DNA from: Raillietiella orientalis
Taxonomy: Eukaryota
DNA length: 64,000 nucleotides
Reading direction: 5' to 3'
Assembly: GCA_036172245.1 (NCBI GenBank)
Contig: JAYWIR010000035.1
Coordinates: forward strand, 186,001-250,000
Both the position numbers and the translations under genes were made by a program. The notes under the pieces are model-generated. The model saw only the letters and a list, made by a program, of their open reading frames with translations. It ran no database searches and was not told the origin of the DNA. Every line of letters begins with the position of its first letter. Position 1 is the stretch's first letter. This document shows, one piece after another, positions 13,601 to 25,151 of the stretch.

Positions 13601-16600
13601 GCCCTGCGCGCCTACAACCCAGCTCCTCGCTTGGATCGTCTTCGGGCATCTTTCGAGATGCACCTCGAGGTCCGCGCATCCCGTCAAACGGCGCCGCGGG
13701 TGCGCGGAAAGCTCACGTCGTCTCACCGCGCGAGACGGACGGCTGCGCTTTCACAGCATCCGGATTTCCCCTCCCTCCCTTCCTTCCCGGCTTCTGCGCG
13801 GTTTCCCGGTCGCATCGCACTCGCCTCCCCGACCAGGCAAACCGCATCCCCCCTTCCCTCCCCCTTCTGCCTCCCGTCCCCGCGTCAAGTGTGGAGGGCA
13901 GGACCCTACGGACGGGCAGCCTTCTTCGCAACGCGCCATCCGCCTCCTCCTCCATCCACGTAGGCGCGACTTCCCGTCCCGAGCGATAGGGGACGTCGCT
14001 CTTCCCTGACTCGCCCTCGGGGCACTCCTGGTTCGGCTCCCTCCCCCCTCCCGTTCTCGCTCCCTGGCATCTCCCCTTGTGGAGCGCCAGCTCCGCCCTC
14101 GCATCGCCAAGGCACTCCGCCTGAGTTTCCCGACTGACACCTGCGGCACGACCCTCTCCGCGCTACGAAAAGGACGCCGTGAAGGTCGCCAGCCGGGATG
14201 CGGGGACGACCCCGTCGGTTTCCCTAGCCGCAGCTGCCGCTTGCTCGGAGCGTCCCCGCTCGGGATGGGCGGCGCGGACGGCGCCGAGATAGCAGTCCGA
14301 TGACGCGACGGAGAGGGCGGTCCGAGGTCGCGCGCGCGGGAGCAAGGAACGGAAACCGCTAGGGCCCCAGGGATTTCCGAGAACGAGGTCCGACAGGCGA
14401 CAGTCCACACCCTTGGCAAGAGATCTTTTGGAACCAGGGACCACCTCGCTCCCTGAGGGCAGTCGCCGTGTTCGGTCTCCTCAACGACGGGAGGAACCGA
14501 GAATCCATTGCCACGGCTCGCACACATGACCCTGTCCCTCTCGAGCACTCGCGGCGGGCCCGAACCCTGTCAGGACAGCCTGGGAAGAGTAGGGTCGGCG
14601 AAACGGGACTTCCCATTCAGTCCATGCGCTCCCTCACGCCCCTCCCGAGGGAACGCCGCGGATGTCGTCGAGAGGAGAGTGGCAGCCCAGGAGTTCCTGG
14701 CTGCTGAGATCTCCCTTTCCTCGCGGAAAGGCAGATGCGGGCCCGGGCAATCTTGCTCGCGACACTTTTCGATCCGCCGCAGCGGGCCGATCTCAGCTCT
14801 ATCTCGGAACCCTGGCCGACGGGAGCTGCCCCAAACGGAGGGAACCTCGTGCGCGCGGTGCGCGGCTCCGTAGGGCCCTCGCCGTCGCGTGGCTACCCCA
14901 CGGCCGGTGTCTAGCGAGTGCCTCCGGCTCACCGGGGGCCGAAGACAACGGACCGAAAATCGCTCCCGCAGGATTCTCGGAAACGCTCAGGGGCTGCAAC
15001 CCGCGTTCATGGGTGGGTGGGCTGCGAGAAGTTTATGGGGATTCGGACCGGGAGGGGGAGGGGAACGGACGTCTCAGATCCTGAACCCCCAGAAGTCCCG
15101 CCACGGGGAAGAGGAGTAGGGAAGCGCAGTTGGTACTGGGGTCGGGCTGCTGCTGCTGCACCCTTTCCTCCCCCCCCCAGGTAGAGCCAACCGCTGTCGG
15201 CGCGGCCCGCGTGGCGAACGGATCCGAGTCACTCAGCTCCCGCCCTCCTCCTCCTCTTCCTCCTCCTCGCGTCTCCTCGCACCTCCCACGAGGTGGCCGA
15301 GGTGCACGGCGGCGGGAAGGAGCGGTCCCGAAGCGGCTTTCGGCGGCGACCCTCTCCCGCCAGTCCCGCATGACGGGGATCCCCCGTTCCCCATAGAGAC
15401 CGAGCTGGCTGCAGCAAGGGTCGCGATGCTCCACGCGCGCCGAAGGACAGGAACCGCGGGTGCTCCGGACCTCGAGGAGGAACGCCGATCTCAGGGCCGG
15501 ACTTGGAAGCGTTGGCTTGCCCTCCGGACTCGGAGTGGCGGCTCAGGAGATCTTCCAACCGAAGGAAAATCACCGGCGCGGGCTCCACCGCGGTCCTTTT
15601 CCTGGAAACGGCCCAAGCAGCGGGCGTCTGAAGAGAGAGAGGGGGGGGGAGAAAAGGCCTTGAGGGTTGAAGTTGTGGTCACTCGGTGGGGACTCCTGAA
15701 CGTTTCGCGTGCGTCTCCTCCTCCCATCCTCCCCTTTACCGCGAGCCACCTCGCAAGCCACGTGCTCCGGGGATGAACTCCCGCGTTTGGGCGGAAGAAC
15801 GGAATTCCTTCGGGATGCGAGCACGCGGACAAACCTTCCGTGCTGCGCTTGTCCGGCCCTTCGTCATCTCTCCTCATCGGTGACTTTGCATCTCTCTTCT
15901 CCGGTATTTCCCAGGCGAGCATCTCCGTTTCGTTTGCTCAGCATCTTCCAACGCGGAGGTCCAGTAAATCATTAGCTTTGGCTTTTTCTTTTTTTCTTCT
16001 TTTGTCTCAGTTAATGATCACCCTCCTTCGATCGGAGACCTCCAGATAATAGTGGTCTCCAAAACCCCCCCAGGTCAGTTTCCTTGCCCACCCATTTTTT
16101 TTAATCAACGATCGTGCGTGACACCTAAGACGCGTTGAGGTGCACACCATTCAGTCCATTTTTCATCGGTCTCGTCTTCGGGATCCGGCGTCCGTTCTAA
16201 TTGCTGGGACACCGCCTTTCTTGATCTGGAGACTTCATCCATCCCCTTCACTCACCCAACCTCTCCACTGGTGCTTTCTATCCGGAAAGCTACCACTTTT
16301 TGAAGCGCGGATGAAAAACAGATCCTTCTTTTCTGTGACTCTTCTCCTCTCTCTCTTTTTCTTTTTGGGCCTTTAACGCTGGTACGGCACCCTCCCTTCC
16401 GTAGCAATTCTTCATCGCAAGTTCGAGTGTTGCTTTCCATTCCCGAACCCTCCGTAAAAGTCGCTGCGTGTAGTTTGCATCCAGAGAATGCGGGCTGGTT
16501 GGTGGGTCAGCAGCATCGTTGTCGTACCTTCGCAGATCTCAGGACGTGTTGCCGTCCACCTCAGCAACGGTGCCCGTCAGCGGCCTTTCGACTCCAAGCC

Positions 16601-19600
16601 CGACTAGATCTTTCCCCTGTCTCCTGTCTCCACGGACGCCAGCGGAATGAGGAGGACCCGTTCGAAAACTGAGGATTTCGTAAAGACGCGCAGGGAGCAC
16701 AATTTCGGGAGCTCCCAGGACCCTGACGCAACGCCGCCTGGAAGAATTTGAAATCAGCTGCGAGTCCGCGAGTTCCGAGACTGCAAGTTGCGATCTTTGA
16801 GGATCCACAGACAAGAATTTCCTTTTCTCTCTCTGTCTGTTTCTGCTAGCGGGGAAAGCGAGAAACCCTCCGAGCTCAACAGTGCCATATTTCTGGTTGG
16901 TCGCCATTTTGTGCAACGAGCGGCGCAACGTGGTGACTTCCGTATCCGATTTCTGCAGTTCCCACCGCTGCTCGCTCCAAAAGGCAGCTCCTCCGCATCA
17001 CCTTCGAGGATGCGGCCTGCCTACGACCTCCCCCGCAAGCTTTGCTCGCTCCTCGGTCCCGCGCAACGGCAATTACGGAACGACGGAAGGCCGCTCTCGC
17101 CAACGGAAACTTTCGCAGACTTGGCAATGCCCGTCTCGTGTAAAGCCGGTTGCCTAGGCTCCGTGAGCAGCGCTACCCAACCTTCGGCCTTTCGGCTTTT
17201 GAGATCTGAAGTCTTCACTTAAGAACGCCTAGAATGTCTGTCTTCTCTGGTCCCGGAATCCAAAGTGCAGGATTAACCAGAATGCAGAACGGCAAATACG
17301 CTCGGTAGCTCTTCCGATCCCGGAGCTAGTGTTTAAGGGAAATAGTCGTCCTGCGCCCGTTAGCACGGTCAGCGCGCCACCTAACTCTTTTAAATCTCGA
17401 CTCAGAAATTGCGACCCTGCTTGGGTCTTCCTTTCTTTCTGACCATCGTTTTTTTTTCCCTGCTTCATTCGCTCTCTGTGTTTGATTCCTACGACAGTCG
17501 CCATCTATTGCGAATGTTTCCAAGCGTTCGATCCCGCGCATGAAACATGCATGCCTCTCGAAACTTTTGCTAAGCTCGCTCCAGTACTTTCTTGAGCGAG
17601 AATTGAGCTGACAGCGGAAGTGCTGACGACTTGCCCCCGAAATCCAAAATGTGGCTCTGCTGCATATTCCTAGACTTTTTTTGCTTGGAAGTCTAGTAGA
17701 GGGAAGAGGAAGCTGAAAGGAGCCGAAACCTTGCACAGATGGGAGCTTCTGACATGGGAAAACTGTCAAAATAAAATCCCATGGGTATAGATAAAAGTTG
17801 ATATAAGATATTGATTCTCCTTCTGGTAGACAGACACAGCCCCCATAAGAGAACCAGACGTAAACAAAAACACACAAAAAAAAATGGGTGGCCGACAAAA
17901 TTTGCATCAGCAATTGGTTTTAATTTCTGCTCGTGGATCGACGAATTGCCCACTTCCAATTCAGTTTGCGTGAAGAAGTGAGCATCTTTAATACTTCGTG
18001 TCCGATGCGCTCTACCATCCGATGACTTGGAGCATTCCCGTAGAGTAGCGAGGAAACTATGGAAGTCTGGAAGATACTTTCTATGCCGACGAGGGAATTT
18101 GGGAAAAGAAGCAGCCGCAGAAAGATTGATGACCATTCATGAGACATGGTGAGAAAATCGAAACTTCTAGTTGGAACACACAGGGGGCCCAAAAGGCCGC
18201 AAAAATGAGAACGGTAACAACAACCGAAAGCCCAAACGATTCTTCTGGCTATGAAGGGTGAGATGAGACACACCCAGAAACCTGTTGCATTCCACAAATA
18301 TCTGAACAAGCATTTGAAGGCTCTTAAGTGTCTTCCCGTAATGCCGAATTGCGATTGCATGACTCTCTCTCATACCGGAAACAGAAAGGAAAGAGAAGAT
18401 AAGCCGGTTATGCTTAGCATCACTTTTTTCGCCGTGCCCAGTTGAAAGCGCCGTGCTGGATGGGAGACTTCTCAACATTCACAGTTGGAATCTATTGTAG
18501 GATTTCAGGTACCTGGAAATGAACTCAAAAGAAATCATAGCTAAGGGGTTCAAGCAACGAAGCACAAAAAGGGGAAGGAACGAAAGAATTAGCTATGCAG
18601 TAACAAGGACAAGGAATGGAAGCTGGATACACGATTTGCTAATCTGCTAGAATCCAGGAATTACTGGTCATCGTGGCCTTCTTCCCCAAAATATAAAAAC
18701 CTCGCTCGGGGAAGCACCTCGGTAAGAAATTGCATAGCCACGATGCAGATTAACGAATCGCGCAGCAACTCTCCGTTCTGTCGTTCACTTGCAGTTAGGT
18801 TGCGGTTCCGTAAAACACTTTAGAGGATGGATTCAATATCTCTCGCCTCTCGCTGAAATTTCCCCACACAGAAGGAAAAAAACATTGTTTTCCGTCTCTC
18901 GCTGGTTCTTGCAGCGGGATAACAGTCACTTACCCATCGCCTGCTTTGAAAGCATTCTTTAATTGACTTTAATTGAATTGCATTCGAACGGAATGTGAAA
19001 CAAAAAAAAAACATTGTGCCTCAAGTTCAAAGCTGTAGACCGTTTCGTACGGTGTCTTGTATTCGGGATGCGAAAAAAGTACCCGCAGCTGGTATGACTG
19101 ACGTAGGCCCGGAAAAAAACCTCGTCAAACTCACCTTCGCTCACGGCGTCGCATAACTCAAAGGCGTATGAAAAAGAGCTCTTGGTGAAAGAATGTTTTT
19201 TTTTTTGTTCTTATTCCTTTTAATCGGCGGACCAGATTTATCATCGGACCTAGGTCAGCGATTAACCCTGTCGGGTGAACTCTTGCATTTCGCTGCATTA
19301 AGTGGGTATGTGTTGTAACCTTAAGCCGTGTACACACGTATAATGTGCAGCAAAGGAAAAGTACGGCCAGCAACCACATGGCTGAGGGACAATGTAGGTC
19401 CTTAGGTAGGGGAATGGGTAGCACAGGAACCTGCAATAGGAACTTTAAAAGGGCAACGGAAGCAGAGTGCAATTGAGAGGAAGTGTGAATATCAGGAAAC
19501 TAATTGATCCAATCTGGTCGTTGTGAAAATTGCAGTTATAAAAGATATATAGAGAGAGTACAAACAAAAGAGGATGCAATTGCAACACTAGGATTTGGAA

Positions 19601-20267
19601 TTTTAAATCAGGGAATTGATTTTGCCATATGACTTTCCTTCAATAGAAATTCATATCTTTCTTTTACGTTTAATTTTTTTCTATGTAGACATTTGCAAGG
19701 AACACTGATACAACTTAAAAAAAAAAAAAAAATAGTAACACTGTATTGTCAATCAAGTGAAAATGATGTTTAAAAATTAACACGAAATTCCGATTAGAAT
19801 CAATAAAAAATTAGAAATATTCTGCTAAGGTTTTGCAGGCCAATTTTCAAATCGATTCCAACCCTGACGGTCAAGACCTGGAGAGAATCGCACAGATAAC
19901 TGGGTTATCTAAGCGTGTCACCCAAGTAAGATGCAGTTCTGTTTGCCCGTTTGCATACTGTCTTATTTTACAGGTTTGGTTTCAGAACTCCCGAGCACGT
20001 CAGAAGAAAAACATAAGCACACCCGGTAGCAAGCATCGGATCCAGCAGATGGTAGAAAACAAACCTCGCGCCAACTCCAAGGAAACAGGGGATGCCAACG
20101 TGTACGAACAGAAATCGGTTTTGCACTTTATGTACCATTTACGTCCAAGACAGCCTCCATGTAAGTCGTGGTTTGAAAATGGGGACTGCTACTTACAGGC
20201 TGGGGCAGCCCCTGAAGAATTTTCAGAATCCATGCAGCATTTCGTGAAGCCTGAAGTGAGCTGCTAA
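1652..20267 (+). CDS. Awh: LIM-homeobox transcription factor, Arrowhead/Lhx6-Lhx8 class (first coding exon uncertain)
   Basis: Exons 1652-1833 (LIM1: [31 protein letters not shown]...YCRSDY), 1895-2112 (LIM2: [48 protein letters not shown]...LCKAHY), 5004-5080 ([15 protein letters not shown]), 19830-19925 ([32 protein letters not shown]) and 19974-20267 ([12 protein letters not shown]...). All joins are GT-AG and phase-consistent. The homeodomain matches the Awh/Lhx6/8 signature. The tail after ~20160 may be spliced differently (possible GTAAGT donor at 20161). Confidence 0.93.
6417..6560. repeat. 30-bp minisatellite, ~4.8 copies (unit ~GAACATGATCGGATCATTGTTGTGGTCTGC)
   Basis: Tandem copies start at 6417, 6447, 6477, 6507 and 6537, with more divergence in the outer copies. 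Confidence 0.92.
12084..12529 (+). repeat. Left arm of ~445-bp inverted repeat (partner 14508-14952)
   Basis: Reverse complement of 14508-14952. 12139-12362 is identical to revcomp(14674-14897). The ORF track shows the same peptides on opposite strands (11879..12466+ vs 14570..14932-). Confidence 0.97.
14508..14952 (-). repeat. Right arm of ~445-bp inverted repeat (partner 12084-12529)
   Basis: See left arm. About 21 differences by hand count, including one 1-bp indel, all outside the 224-bp identical core. Confidence 0.97.
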
Positions 20268-21540
20268 TACAATAGCTTAACAAAAATACGCAGGCTGTGA
20301 TTCATCGTGATACTTGTGAAGATAGAGCTATAATGTTCTGAAGTCAATGTCATTATGAATAATGTGTTTAATTATTTGATAATACAATTATGTAACAGTT
20401 TGTGAAGTCAATCATTCCAAAGCGTCGCTGTTCACTTGCTTCCTGGCCAGACGCAAAATGGCGAAACTTCCAAACGTGCTCGGCCCACGCACTGATCCTC
20501 CGAGGATGCTGTGCAGCAAGAAGAGTATCAAGCAGACACTCGTGTGCGTTCACTGCACACGAGAAATCGTTAACTGCAAAGCACGCAGCAGGACTCTTCC
20601 TGGTTTTCACGACTTGCCACCATCTAGAAAAGATGGCTTTCACTTACCAGTAATCATCGAAATAATCACGGCCACCATGATGACCCAAAAATTGCACTGC
20701 TCTCACAAACAAATTTAAGATCGAAAAAATTCTTTGTCATCAGGATAAAACTGCATGCACGATCCTGCGAATCTACTACTGGAAAAAAAAAATTACGTAC
20801 CAAAAATGCTACATTGCCACGCACGTGAACGCCGAAAGGTTAGGTCACGGGAATGAAATACAAGGCAGACTGCGTACAAAACGTACTTGGCACTACTTGA
20901 ATGGAACAGCTGATTGGACGGAAATTTTTCAACCGTCTCGAGCGGCCTCTGCAGCCGCAAGGACACTCCTTGTACCGCCGAGACGAACGCGGAAATGGCT
21001 CCTTGCACCTTTCGCAGTAGTCGCCAAAGCCGGAAAATTGCTACTGCTTCAAACATCAGAACTCTAAAGGAATTACAAACAGCATTTCTTGTGGAGACCA
21101 TCCCCAGTCATATCTATCCTTCCTCTGACTTTTTTGAATTCGCTTTTACGGAGCGAACGCTAATACATCCCTAACTTCAGCGTACATACGTACGTGATTC
21201 TACTTGCGAATCCGTACACGCAAACAAACCAACCTCCGGCTGAACTCACATTAATTGCATTCTTATTCATTATCAAATAAACAGCAATTAGGGTGATTCA
21301 ATCGATCCCAAAATACAATAAGCATACAAATTAACGCTGATTACAATGCAAAACCAAGTGTACTTATGCACCAAACGCAAATGTACGTCCAGTGGTAAGA
21401 GAAAATCCACCAATATAATCAACCACAACTCTGTTGCTGGGAAGTGATGGATCCTTTGCGCTGGGTTACATAAAATATTTTTCCAAAACAAAATTTCGAG
21501 ACCCTAAATAAAGTATCACTTTCATGGATCAAGTATACGT

Positions 21541-21588
21541 ACATGTTACCTACTGAACATTACAATTAATGTTCAGTAGGTAACATGT
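21541..21588. repeat. Perfect palindrome/hairpin, 22-bp arms with 4-nt loop
   Basis: ACATGTTACCTACTGAACATTA-caat-TAATGTTCAGTAGGTAACATGT. Confidence 0.95.
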
Positions 21589-21734
21589 TGTTAATGTTTA
21601 ATAATGTTTAAAATTCATGAAAAACGAATATAAAAAAAAGTTTATTGTTACAAAATTCAAATATCTTGCTTGATTTCATAAATAAAGACGATATCTCATA
21701 ATAAGGACATTAATGGGAGAAGTCTAATGATGGA

Positions 21735-24700
21735 TCATTTCAAATGTACTGCTTTGGAGATGAGTATTTGCACATCAGTAACAGGATAACTCTTGAATAC
21801 GATTCCTGGATGAAACAAAAAGGTCTCAATCTAACTTACCTGTAACAGCTTAATGCAAGAAGAAAAGTCACTAACCAACAATTGATCTCGGATATGTCTA
21901 AAAAGGCATTTTTGGATGACATCAACATACAACTTACATGAGCAATGCACAGCACAGCTGCACAAGAAAATGAAAACGTTCGGGATGTGAAAAAAGAGAA
22001 TCCCAAATTCTAATCACATCTGGTAAGGGAAAGTCTTGGGATAATAAAAGGGTGAGCCAACGAAAACTAAAATACTGAGGTAAGAGCTGCAACATTTGTA
22101 AGTGAGACCATAGGCTATAGTCCACTTGTTTCAAGCAGTTGTTCATTTCACTCATCATTGATACAATTCCACTACTTGATTCATCAAGAGATCGAATGAA
22201 GAAATCTCGGACTTCTCCCATTAAATTGGTGAAGCAAAAAAATGTATCTGCCTCGGCCCATGCTGATATAGAATTAAAATCAAACAAACATACAGCAAAT
22301 ACCAACCTCGCCATTCAGAAATAGGATTGGTTGCAAACACATAATAAAGTGGACCAATAATCTCGTTCATGCCTTGTACATAACCTTGTCCAGGATTAAG
22401 CTTAGCATAAAGAAACAAAATACGTTCAACAACTTCCCAATGTGCCTCTTGACCAACTTGTAAGGGAGCATAATCCTCAACAATTCTGCCTGTTTTGACT
22501 TTCATCTGAAAAGAAACTGAAGGCTCAACATTTGCATCAGATGCTTACTTGAGTAATACCCAGACCCTTCTGCTCTACTGAGGTGGAGGCCAGAACATCT
22601 GATCTAACTCTATGATGGAGTTTCTCAACACCTGTATCACAACCAACTATTTGTAAACAAGGAAATTCTGTTGGTTGTTGGAAAAATGAAATTTCTGGAC
22701 ACAGACGTCTGGAAAAAAGTTTCACTCCAAAATTCAACACCTGTGCAATTCATCTACCTGACATCCTTATCTATTTGAAGCAGAACTTCATTGTCTTTAA
22801 AGTATGTTATCCAATAACTGTGAGGATTGCAAGTCAGAGGATGATCCTCTGAAGGATTCTGTGGAGATAAGCTCTGAGGTGCTACTTTAATGCCTGAGAT
22901 GAATTCATCTGCAGTTTAAGATAATGCCATGAATTTTCTGATCAAAATTTACTTACACACTTATCAATTCCAAGTACAAAGATCTTTTGGACTTCAAAGT
23001 AGATTCCCACTGAGACTTTTGCAAAGGTAAATAATTCAATAGAATTTTCCATAATAACGATCGAAAACCCTGTTCATCAGGAATACCTGCAACAAAAAGC
23101 ACAATCCCATATAAACCTATAATTACTTAGATACAATAATAATGTTATTTTAAATGATTCTATTGAAAATGCAAAACGATGATTCTACTTTAAATGCATA
23201 AAATTAACCAAATCATGTAGACATGCAAAGCATATAATTAAATGATTAAATGATGTCTCAAATAAGCAAAAAAATAAAATAAAGTGAAATGGTTACCATT
23301 GAAACAGTATTTTTGAATTTGCTTAAAATCAATTATTTCAGGTTCTAAAATGCTTTTCAGGGAATGCAGCCTAAAATACAAGTACCACAAGTTTGTACAA
23401 AACATATGATGTAAATGCAAAATGCAAAATTTTTTTAATGTAATAGCGACTTGGAAAATTATTTTCAAATAATATGCATAGTAGGTATGTTATGTTAACA
23501 CAAAAAATTCGATCCACAAGCAAAGAAGTTTTATCAAGAATGATGCTTTATAATTATTCATTTAAATAACAACACAGATAAGAATAATTCCCCATACAAC
23601 ATAGTGTTGAACTCGACATCAAAGTCACAGACATTTGCACTAGATCTCAGGAAACTTTGGATGAGCTCTTAATTCTTGACACTTCCTAAGTAGTTTTAAT
23701 TCAACAAGCATTTTTGGTCATGCAACATTTCTCAATAAAGCTAATTGAATTTTTAAATCACTAATAAACCTGTCTTGCACACATTTTTTAAAAATGGCAT
23801 AAACACAGTTTTTAATGGCTCAGGTATGTTTTAGATGTAAATGATTTTTTTTGGTGATAACTATTAACTTATGGCTATAAATAATGGTTTCAGATCCGCT
23901 TTGTTCTCAGATATAACCTGAGAACAAATAATATAATATAATCTCAGATGTAATCTTGTGCTGTTGCACAAGATTACATCAGGCAAAGACATTTCATTTT
24001 AACAAGATGAAGCAGCAACTCTGAAGAAACATTCATCTTACATTCCATTATTTGATCACTGAATCTTCAAAATTCACTTTTACTTTTAAGCACAAAAAGC
24101 CTACATGACTGGCTTTAGGAAATTAAGTAGAAATTAAATGTGATTGATATACAGCAAAAAAAAAGTTCAGAAAGCACACTTTTTCCCAGGGCTGCAATCA
24201 AGCGTGCATTCATTTTCACAATGATGTACATTAGTAAGTTATCAAAGAATTTCTAATTTCTACTTCTTGCTCAGAATTTATTTTTGGCCTTCAAACCACT
24301 CCTATAAAGCACTTGAAGAAAAGAATGTTCATTTTGTTTTAATGACCTATACAAGTGAAAGCTTCATTTGATAATCTTTTCTTATTACAAATATAAACTG
24401 AAATGGACAACTCAGTCATGAGAAACCCCTGCACTTAACTTATTTCCAATTTAACCTTCAACCACTTTCACCCTCCCCAATGTTATTGAGACACTTCATA
24501 CTGTTTTTTGAACCATCATTGAAAAAACTTTTCACTCATCCCACAAGACCACTTAATTGAATGTAGTAAGTATTTCTGATTACACTTACTGTCCAACACG
24601 TAGTTATCCAGTGTAAGTTTATCTAATTCCAATGTACTACTAATACATCAAAATATATTTCCATCTTAGTTAATACTACTCAATTTGTATTTCAAATTTA

Positions 24701-25151
24701 ATGATACAGTTTTTTAACTTATTTTTAATATGCCAATCAACTAAAACATAAAATGGATTACTTTTAATAAGCGCTTAATTTCGTGATAATGTCAACTGCA
24801 CCGTTTGGTAGCCGACTTGACCATAAATGCAATGAACTGCCTTTATACATACCACGGATATGGCCACCACACACACACATAGAAAAACTTGACTTAAGCC
24901 CGCAAATAAGCTATTTCTACTTCATCTAACACAAGAGCAGTTACAAAAATTGGTAGATAACACGCAATCGAACTTGGAGTTTTAAAATCCCATGAAATAT
25001 AGGTTCAAGTCACGGGTTTATAAACATTTTACATCAGACTCTCTCATAACGCAAATAATATCACGGAATAATACTCAAAATAAACATCTTGGAATTTATC
25101 TATTTTACTGGCCTGGCTATTATTTCCATACCTCGCCTTATAGGATTCCAT
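21735..25151 (-). CDS. TBC1D13: TBC1 domain family member 13, Rab GTPase-activating protein (~389 aa, 9 exons)
   Basis: Exons 25151-25132, 23370-23297, 23086-22961, 22908-22758, 22708-22549, 22505-22307, 22262-21938, 21897-21840 and 21791-21735 total 1170 nt in frame. Motifs: GIPDEQGFRSLLWKILLNYLP, EDHPL, YFKDNEVLLQIDKDVRRLCPEISFFQ (IxxDxxR arginine finger), EAHWEVVERILFLYAKLNPGQGYVQGMNEIIGP (YxQ glutamine finger), AEADTFFCF, FRWLTLLLSQDFPLPDVIRIWD. Confidence 0.95.

Noticed and set aside
11350..15600. Many 150-350 aa ORFs in and around the inverted repeat as a transposase or duplicated gene
   Set aside because: No DDE, RT or other motif. Differences between the arms show no preference for synonymous changes in the frames I checked.
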